This document shows positions 58,401-64,000 of a stretch of DNA of 64,000 nucleotides, in pieces. Position 1 is the first letter of the stretch. Every line of letters begins with the position of its first letter. The position numbers and the translations under genes are program-made. Under the pieces are notes generated by a model. It saw only the letters and a program-made list of their open reading frames with translations. It was not told where the DNA came from and searched no databases. Where the stretch lies: IMG/VR virus record IMGVR_UViG_3300017728_002360; one strand, written 5' to 3'. The stretch is from a virus.

Positions 58401-58986
58401 CGTCTGAGTTGCTTGAATCAAATCTATATTGGTCTGTTGGTACACCTTCAACTGTATCTTTCTTGATAGGTTTTCCAACTGTGCTGTTTACCGGTAATGC
58501 CGCATTAAGAACTTTTTCAAATTGTTCTCTCCAATTGATGTTTGACGGATCGTTCCATAGGATAGTTTGACTAGCTAGGTTAGTTCCGTTGCTGTCTACA
58601 ATATCTTCTGTTGTAGCAATACTTTCAAACTTTAATAAGCCGTTAGCACATTGGTTACGTTTTGGACTGTATGATAAGAGTCTAGCTAAACGTAAAATTG
58701 ATTCTCTACGTTCAGCTAACTCTAAAAAGTTTTCTCTTGCATTTAAATCTACGCGGAAAGCTAGGTTTTGACCTAGGAAAGCAATTAGGTCAATAAGTGC
58801 AAGATATTCACTTGATTCAATATAGTCGTTAAAATCTTCTGGATAGTTCTGTCTTAAATAGTTGATCATTGTTCTGCGTAAGTTATCAAAGTCATATGAC
58901 TTGAACTCCGCATTTCTAAATGACTGATAGACCTTCTTCCAATCTTCAGCTAACAATAATCTATTTTGTCTATTTGTTGACGACAT
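55456..58986 (-). CDS. gp6: baseplate wedge subunit, T4 gp6-like
   Basis: 'YDFDNLR..YL..DFNDY.ESS..LID..A..DLNARENFL..A..RES..LA..L.Y.P', 'FSDGTFG.LP', 'IRENAP..Y.TQNRMVT.EDY'; follows the gp25-like gene. Confidence 0.8.
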   Translation of the reverse strand: MSSTNRQNRLLLAEDWKKVYQSFRNAEFKSYDFDNLRRTMINYLRQNYPEDFNDYIESSEYLALIDLIAFLGQNLAFRVDLNARENFLELAERRESILRLARLLSYSPKRNQCANGLLKFESIATTEDIVDSNGTNLASQTILWNDPSNINWREQFEKVLNAALPVNSTVGKPIKKDTVEGVPTDQYRFDSSNSDVPVYTFSKNVDGKNMQFQVVSTNVTGGVIEEEAPLPGNNLAFLYRDDGRGPGSSNTGYFAHFRQGILDQGTFNVDSPSTNQTISLEATNVNNTDIWLYKLDSIGAESESWTKVDSIEGNNIVYNSLRKSIRNIYGTLSKTQDKVDLIFSDGTFGNLPKGQFRVYYRTSINDQYNIVPSDLVAISVTIPYTSKTGNPENITLSLELKYTVDNATVSETNASIRENAPSTYYTQNRMVTGEDYQVSPLGISQEIIKTKSVNRTSSGISRYYDLLDSTGKYSSTNLYGADGIIYKDKFTEKKTFTFSTKTDVQGVIANTITPILSQKQMLNYYLTNFPKTLVADLGAKWSQKTAITNQATGSFVDVTDSTLQVGTFTSSALKFIEAGTLLKFVAPTGFHFMSNNSHALMQGNADHPNAITYKWVKVVSVTGDGRTDNDDGTGPIILNDIIPTGAILSELRPKFGKTLLSDVQSQIVDQVFAFKTFGLRYDVNLRQWRMITQNNLDITSDFSTGKTGDVTDQQLDSSWLLLFETDGEKYTITSRGQRYIFESNEEIRFYYDSTSKIFDNRTGQIIKDKINILSINTRPDSTSAFTVDYPWEVSKEYRDGDGYIDSKKVEISFFDSDSDGVVDDPETFVTVVDEATNPLTKYIFQKKYTTSDGIEDYKYMDNSSNAVQIKQSESVVGALSSYTDGQVFYLVTEGVFKIYSSTAGTLALTTDYKAYVGRDGIKFHYIHSADDDSRIDPSSSNIIDTYLLTRTYDTNFRQYLDGTLTAKPLPPSSDNLFNNYGGEINKIKSISDDVIYHPVKYKVLFGAKADAQVQANIKIVKNPDQVVNDNDIKARVISAINEYFALENWDFGDSFHFSEMATYVMNQVAPDLVNIVIVPKQDSQGFGSLYEIKSESDEVFISGATVDDVTIIDAITASKLKASGTVITGTTATTSGVTSGSSYTSGNTTSSSSSSSSSSSSSSSSSSSSGSSGSGY
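55481..55541 (-). repeat. tandem 15/30-nt repeat encoding a 20-residue poly-Ser tail
   Basis: ACTGCTTGAACTAGAACTGCTTGAACTTG occurs at 55483 and 55513; the protein ends TT-S20-GSSGSGY. Confidence 0.85.
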
Positions 58987-59008
58987 TTTGCTTTCCTTAA
59001 TATAATAC

Positions 59009-59014
59009 TATTTA
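59009..59014 (-). promoter_or_regulatory. late-promoter-like TAAATA
   Basis: TAAATA..AAGGA..ATG upstream of the gp6-like start at 58986. Confidence 0.55.
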
Positions 59015-59036
59015 TTTGACTTCATAATCTGCGTAC

Positions 59037-59468
59037 TTAATACGGTGCGTTATTTTCATCAAATTTTAGTCTTAAACTTTCTGAAATATTATATGGCAAA
59101 TACATCAAGTCTACGTCTACTTGAAGTCCGCTTTCATATGAATCTATGTTAATTTTACTTGCTACCACACGTGGGTCGCTGTTTACAATACTTGTAACGT
59201 TCTTTGCTATGGCTTCTTTCATTGGTTCTGTTAGCGGTTCGTGTATTGCGTCCCATATAACTGTTCCAAAAGTAGGATTCATCAGCTTTTCACCCTGTCT
59301 TATATGAAAATGATTCAGTATATCTTGTTTGATCAATGCTATGTCAAACAGGGATTTGCTGTTGTTATTTGGATTGACCGTGCTTAACCCTTTGTATGCA
59401 CGATTAGTGACTACGGGTTTGCCTCTGTCTGCTGTTGGAACTGTGATTTTTTTATATAAGTCTGCCAT
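59037..59468 (-). CDS. gp25: baseplate wedge subunit, T4 gp25/GpW-like
   Basis: 'IKQDILNHFHIRQGEKLMNPTFGT.IWD.IHEP', 'DPRV'. Confidence 0.88.
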   Translation of the reverse strand: MADLYKKITVPTADRGKPVVTNRAYKGLSTVNPNNNSKSLFDIALIKQDILNHFHIRQGEKLMNPTFGTVIWDAIHEPLTEPMKEAIAKNVTSIVNSDPRVVASKINIDSYESGLQVDVDLMYLPYNISESLRLKFDENNAPY

Positions 59469-59473
59469 AACAA

Positions 59474-59479
59474 TATTTA
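59474..59479 (-). promoter_or_regulatory. late-promoter-like TAAATA, 5 nt upstream of the gp25 ATG
   Basis: TAAATA-ttgtt-ATG. Confidence 0.6.
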
Positions 59480-59480
59480 C

Positions 59481-61040
59481 CTATCCTTTAAACTCCTTCT
59501 TGAACACATCTGGCGTAGTTGGGTTTGGTAGTGGATTAGTTACTGTAGTAATAGAATCCCTATCCGTAAGCACTATTTTAAATGCCAATGGGTTTAAGTT
59601 TTCATGGTGTGTCCATGGTTCTTCCTGTGGTGAACGTTGTGAAAGAATGCCTTCGATTGTGTGACCAGGTACGCGATGTACAGACAGAGCGGACGCGGTA
59701 GCGGCCGTAGCCGCCTGCGGTCCATTCATATGGATTTCGGAAGCGGTTTCTATATGGTTTCCTGAGCTGAGTATTTCTGTTGTTGAACCTGCTGTAAGTT
59801 TGTTACTAAAGCCACTATTAATATCAAGGTCCATTTCTGTTGTGATCTTTGTGCTACCACCTACAAGTATGTTTGTGTCCTTGTCTGATTCTACCTGTAC
59901 CCTGCCTACAGAAAGTTTTTCACCCTTGTAATCACCTGATGCTTTTAGGCTTAGATTAGCACCTGCTTCTATTGTGACGTTTCTGTCTGCTGTAAGGTTA
60001 AAGTCGTTTTTTGTGTGCATACTGATTGAGTCTTCAGCAAATATATCAATCTTACCATCTGAAGTTAATTCAAGCCAAGCTGTACCTCTGCTGTTACCTA
60101 TGTAGATTAAATCTTCCGTGTTGTGTAATAATATTTGATGTCCTGTACGTGTACGCAGTCTTACTAATTCGTTGTGTAATAGGTCTGACTTACCGTCGGT
60201 CTCTCCAAGGTTTACGTTTGCATATTCTGGTGCTCCGTCACCTGCAGATTTTTTTCTTAGGTACTTGTCATTACCGTCGTCAAATACCAAACTGGTTCCG
60301 CCGAGTCTTGCCTTAAATACCGTTGTAAAGTCTTCCTTTGATCCTATCTTTGCTTTAGGCGATCCTATACTCTTGTCAATGGGTCCTGGTGTGCTTATTC
60401 CAAATACCGCACTAGGTACTTCACGTCTTGCACTTGAACTTGTTATACCACGTGTTTCGTCGTCCAACAATCCTTGTGCCATAAGGCTATCAGTAAATTC
60501 TTTCTGATATGGCTTTTTAAATTTTGTAGGATCCTGGTGTACCGCTGTTTCAATTTTTTTATTGTATTCACCCGTTGGTAATTTCTTACCTTTTAAATAA
60601 CTAGGCGTTCCGTCCGTTGTATATGTGGTTGCGGCGTTGCCAGGTACTGCAAAGTTTTGATACTGGTCATTTACACAACCTATCCAGTAACACATATTTG
60701 GATTACCTTCTGCAAATATAACAAGTACCTTTGTTCCTACGTCTGGTGGAACAAACCACATACCGTAACTCTGTTGTGATTCCTTGTAGCTGTCATTCTT
60801 TGTGTTTGCAAACGCAGGTGTGTTACCTGCAAACGGTGAAAGATATTTTGCAGTATAAAGTTCGCCATCTGCAAACGCTTCGTTTGATGCTGTGTTTGTT
60901 TTTAATAAGTTTACAGTAAGGGCACCATGATATGTTGGATCCAAGTTATTGATAACGATAGCCTCATACGGGCCTGGCTCCATGGTTACTATTTCATGCT
61001 TACTAGTTCTGTCTATGTTTTGATTTCTTTGTACTGCCAT
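59481..61040 (-). CDS. baseplate central spike, gp5/VgrG-like (OB fold plus beta-helix, no lysozyme domain)
   Basis: 'DPT..G.L.V', 'SYGMWFVPPDVGTKVLVIFAEG', 'RLRTRTGHQIL', short beta-repeats, 'EPWTHHEN'. Confidence 0.75.
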   Translation of the reverse strand: MAVQRNQNIDRTSKHEIVTMEPGPYEAIVINNLDPTYHGALTVNLLKTNTASNEAFADGELYTAKYLSPFAGNTPAFANTKNDSYKESQQSYGMWFVPPDVGTKVLVIFAEGNPNMCYWIGCVNDQYQNFAVPGNAATTYTTDGTPSYLKGKKLPTGEYNKKIETAVHQDPTKFKKPYQKEFTDSLMAQGLLDDETRGITSSSARREVPSAVFGISTPGPIDKSIGSPKAKIGSKEDFTTVFKARLGGTSLVFDDGNDKYLRKKSAGDGAPEYANVNLGETDGKSDLLHNELVRLRTRTGHQILLHNTEDLIYIGNSRGTAWLELTSDGKIDIFAEDSISMHTKNDFNLTADRNVTIEAGANLSLKASGDYKGEKLSVGRVQVESDKDTNILVGGSTKITTEMDLDINSGFSNKLTAGSTTEILSSGNHIETASEIHMNGPQAATAATASALSVHRVPGHTIEGILSQRSPQEEPWTHHENLNPLAFKIVLTDRDSITTVTNPLPNPTTPDVFKKEFKG

Positions 61041-61042
61041 GT

Positions 61043-63424
61043 CTATCCTGGTCCGTTAGGTTTTGCTTGTTCAACTTCTAAGTTTGCTGTTTTTGATTCT
61101 GGTGCATCTTCTGTTACACTTTGATTTGGCATACGTAACATCTCTAGCGTCTGACTGAATTGTCCTTGGCTAAATTCACTTGTTACTCTTGTTATTCTGT
61201 AAAGTCCACTAAACGTATCAACTTTTTCAACAAAGCCTTTTCCGTCCAACAAAGAATTATTATCCATCGATCCGTTTCTAACACGACGCTGGTCAAGTTC
61301 GTCTGGATAATCAAAAGGTGTTCTGAAGTTTAATAAAATAAAAACCTGTTGTCTTATGTAATCCATCTGTGGTGGTTTTTGATCTGTGTCAAACATTATT
61401 GGTCCTGCATCAGCTTGATAGTTTCCTATACCGCTGTCGCTTAGGTACCAAGGATCCCCCATTATTTGTAAGTTACACTTGACCAAGTCAACGTTACTGT
61501 TGATCAGTGCATTATGGAATTCTCTTGCTATCTTATCTTTCTCGTCTCCACCAACTGCACTCATACCTGAAACAATTGGTTGTACATCTGACGCACCAAC
61601 CTGTTTTACAGGAAACTTATGATCGGTGTAACTGGAACTTCCATTACCTTCAACAAGTTTCTTACCGTCTTCTGTTTTGTCTCTTGACGATTCTCCTGCA
61701 AAGTTGTGTTCTGCTACAGCACCTTTGTCTTTAGGTACTGGTGTAAAAAATCTATAGTCGTACTTGATATCAAAATTTATGATATCTTTGTTTTTACCTG
61801 TATAGATATAATTGTATTCTTTTCTTACTTCACGTATCATTTCCTTTACACCTGGTGGATTATCACTAGGCTTCATCCATAAACTTGCATGAACCTTGTA
61901 AGGTATAATCTTGAAAAGATAAATCTTAGGCATACGTGCTTTTTTTTCTTGCACTTGTTTTACAGGAACACTAAACACCATGTGTTGTATCGTAAACCAT
62001 TCTCTAAAACCCTTGTCATCTGGTTCTTTATCTAATAGTTCTTTACCAAAGGAACTTCCAACAACTAATTCCTCAATTATGTTATTAACCTTGGTTCCCT
62101 TTGTAAATTTAAATGCTCTTAGGTTAGGTGGTATTGAAATATTACCTTGTTCATAAACATTTTTTTCTTTGTCATAACTTGCGTAATAGTTTGCTGGTCT
62201 TACTCCACCCTTGTCTAGCTTATCTTCAAGTAGCTTACCTTTTCCTATTTCGTTCATGGTTTCAATTTCTACACTTTGGGCCTTGAGTGCATCTGAGGTC
62301 TTAGATCTCTTAACACTAAATCCCGTAACATTCTTAAACCATTCCTCATAGTTGACATCTTGCTTACCGCCTGTGTCACCGTATCTTGTTCTGTATTCCT
62401 CTTGAGGATCATACGTTGCAGATTCGCCACTATCGTTCTGTTCCGATTGTGAGTTACTACTTGCAAGATTTTCTGCCTTAGGAAATACAATAATGTATTC
62501 ATCAGCAAACGCCTGTGTTTCAGTGGGTTCTCTTTCAAGTAATGTTGAATTCATTACCCTTGTTAAACTTTGGCTTCCGCTTTGTAATGCTTGTTCAACT
62601 GTGCCGCCGATAACTGTTATATCAGTTTGTAGTCTTTGTACTGAATCTCTATTTGCCATTCCACTAGTTGCAATAGCTTCACACTCATACTTTGTTCCAC
62701 CTGCATCAACTGTCATGTTAGCCCCTGACATTTGAATTGGAAAGAATCTTCTTGCTACTCTTTTTGTTTGTCCATCATCTGTGTGTCCTATAAAGTCACA
62801 CATCAAACACATAGGAGCATCAATGTAACTGTTATATCCAGATGTTTGTGCCGCGATTTGTAATGCTTCTAAAAACATTCCCATACTGTAAGGTTCTGTT
62901 ACTTCAAATCTAAATTGATGTACTGGGGGCATTCTACTTGGACCACCTTGACCTAGTACACTTTCTATTACTACATTGTCAATATAGTATTCAACCCTGG
63001 CTCCTAAATTCTCTTCTTGTGCAGTTGTTACTCTGCGACCTTTTATATTTTGATTACCACCAGCACCGCTGATAATATTAATCACAGGTTCGCTTTTCAT
63101 GTAGGTATCGTCTGGAAATTGCATTTCGTTTGGACTTAAACAATACATACTCCAAACTTGGTTGTGTGTAATAAACTGATCTAAGATGTTTTCTTTTATA
63201 TTAGAAGTTGTTGTGTATACAATTTTTGTAGGTTCTTTTTTGACAGGGACTTTAGCGGCATCCTGATAGCTCCCTCCGTCTATACCTTCTTCTCTATTAG
63301 TTGCTTTGCCGTCTAAAACTTCTTTTTCGTCTTTAGGGTCTACTTTATCTGGTCCTTTGGAAAAGTCTTCAGTGTAGTCTGCACCTGAATTTACAATTGA
63401 TTGATCTTCTTTAGAAAGAGCCAT
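61043..63424 (-). CDS. baseplate hub/tail protein (gp27/GpD-like)
   Basis: Lies between gp53-like and gp5-like genes; 'EPYS', 'K.Y.YIYTGKN.DI', 'IMGDPW', 'FSGLYRITRV.S.F..GQF.QTL'. Confidence 0.6.
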   Translation of the reverse strand: MALSKEDQSIVNSGADYTEDFSKGPDKVDPKDEKEVLDGKATNREEGIDGGSYQDAAKVPVKKEPTKIVYTTTSNIKENILDQFITHNQVWSMYCLSPNEMQFPDDTYMKSEPVINIISGAGGNQNIKGRRVTTAQEENLGARVEYYIDNVVIESVLGQGGPSRMPPVHQFRFEVTEPYSMGMFLEALQIAAQTSGYNSYIDAPMCLMCDFIGHTDDGQTKRVARRFFPIQMSGANMTVDAGGTKYECEAIATSGMANRDSVQRLQTDITVIGGTVEQALQSGSQSLTRVMNSTLLEREPTETQAFADEYIIVFPKAENLASSNSQSEQNDSGESATYDPQEEYRTRYGDTGGKQDVNYEEWFKNVTGFSVKRSKTSDALKAQSVEIETMNEIGKGKLLEDKLDKGGVRPANYYASYDKEKNVYEQGNISIPPNLRAFKFTKGTKVNNIIEELVVGSSFGKELLDKEPDDKGFREWFTIQHMVFSVPVKQVQEKKARMPKIYLFKIIPYKVHASLWMKPSDNPPGVKEMIREVRKEYNYIYTGKNKDIINFDIKYDYRFFTPVPKDKGAVAEHNFAGESSRDKTEDGKKLVEGNGSSSYTDHKFPVKQVGASDVQPIVSGMSAVGGDEKDKIAREFHNALINSNVDLVKCNLQIMGDPWYLSDSGIGNYQADAGPIMFDTDQKPPQMDYIRQQVFILLNFRTPFDYPDELDQRRVRNGSMDNNSLLDGKGFVEKVDTFSGLYRITRVTSEFSQGQFSQTLEMLRMPNQSVTEDAPESKTANLEVEQAKPNGPG

Positions 63425-63428
63425 ATTA

Positions 63429-63734
63429 TTATTCTCCTCCTAATGCACTTTTTAATGGTCCGCCCTTTGGAATTTTTATTGTTGTTCCGGATTTGAAATC
63501 ATATATGGGATCCTCAATTATGTCCATATTTCTTTGTGCAAAAACCCACCATAGCCTTGCATTATCATAAATGTCGTGTGCTAACAGGTCTGGTCTTTGA
63601 TTGTATTGTGGAGCAATGGTATATTCAACATCATCACTACTTGCAGGTATGGCTCTAATTCTAAAGAAGTCCATATACTCTTTAGTAGCTTTGTTGAGAG
63701 GTGTATTCTTCCAAGGACTAGTTGTGTCTGACAT
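63429..63734 (-). CDS. baseplate wedge protein, gp53/LysM-like
   Basis: 'RPDLLAHDIY..ARLWWVFAQRN..DPIYDF..G..I.IP'. Confidence 0.75.
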   Translation of the reverse strand: MSDTTSPWKNTPLNKATKEYMDFFRIRAIPASSDDVEYTIAPQYNQRPDLLAHDIYDNARLWWVFAQRNMDIIEDPIYDFKSGTTIKIPKGGPLKSALGGE

Positions 63735-64000
63735 TAAATAAATCCTCCGTCGCCAACATATCCACCGTTAACATATTTCTTTAAACTAAATTTAGCAATA
63801 TCACGTCTGCTGTAAACTGGTTGTACTGTAACTGTGATTAAACTTTGTGAAGGTGCCCAGCCTACGAAGTTACGTTTATCTTGTACCGTGCTATTACCTT
63901 GATTAGCAGGGTGTCCTGGACTGTTAGTTTGACCTGCTGTTGATGATCCTGGTAGTCCCATTGCGATATAATCAACGTCTTGTGGTAAGTCGATTGTAAA
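63734..64000 (-). CDS. C-terminal part of a tail-tube-initiator/baseplate (gp48/gp54-like) protein, truncated by the window edge
   Basis: The frame stays open to the window end (FTIDLPQDVDYIAM...WAPSQSLITVTVQPVYSR...GGFI); lies upstream of the gp53-like gene. Confidence 0.55.
   Translation of the reverse strand, partial: FTIDLPQDVDYIAMGLPGSSTAGQTNSPGHPANQGNSTVQDKRNFVGWAPSQSLITVTVQPVYSRRDIAKFSLKKYVNGGYVGDGGFI

Noticed and set aside
532-62735. Many 60-160 aa ORFs antisense to or nested in the long genes
   Set aside because: They are shadow ORFs with no RBS, promoter or motifs, lying opposite or inside well-supported genes.
1-64000. tRNA, rRNA, CRISPR arrays, introns/inteins, IS elements, stop-codon recoding
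   Set aside because: Intergenic gaps are at most about 60 nt. No repeat-spacer arrays, transposase or intein motifs were seen, and genes up to 14.7 kb are open in the standard code with all three stop codons in use.

Overview
This AT-rich, gene-dense window comes from a large T4-like (contractile-tailed) bacteriophage, probably aquatic. The host is probably a Gram-negative alphaproteobacterium, judging from the HemE/KdsA motifs (inference). The right half (33.8-64 kb, minus strand) is a baseplate/tail module. It holds a partial tail-tube-initiator-like gene, gp53-, hub-, gp5-, gp25- and gp6-like genes, a 4906-aa giant virion protein, and three tandem fibre paralogues with a shared N-terminus. 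The left half (0.18-33.8 kb) is a continuous block of about 38 genes, nearly all enzymes. It holds nine radical SAM proteins with twitch/SPASM-like Cys clusters in three architectures and four Fe(II)/2OG oxygenases. It also holds five or six glycosyltransferase-like proteins, three SGNH-like proteins, two NDP-sugar dehydrogenases and two mini-SDRs. Single-copy genes are a class III PLP aminotransferase, a nucleotidyltransferase, a HAD phosphatase, a mini-kinase, a methyltransferase, a GNAT-like protein, KdsA, HemC and HemE. Virion genes flank the block on both sides, and each of its operons starts at the same TAAATA late-promoter-like motif that precedes the structural genes. The best candidate for an undescribed system is a late-expressed, phage-encoded radical-SAM/oxygenase glycan-tailoring pathway, possibly decorating the virion, with an added partial tetrapyrrole branch. 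All functional calls come from motifs read by eye; no database search was run. No tRNA, rRNA, CRISPR array or IS element was seen.
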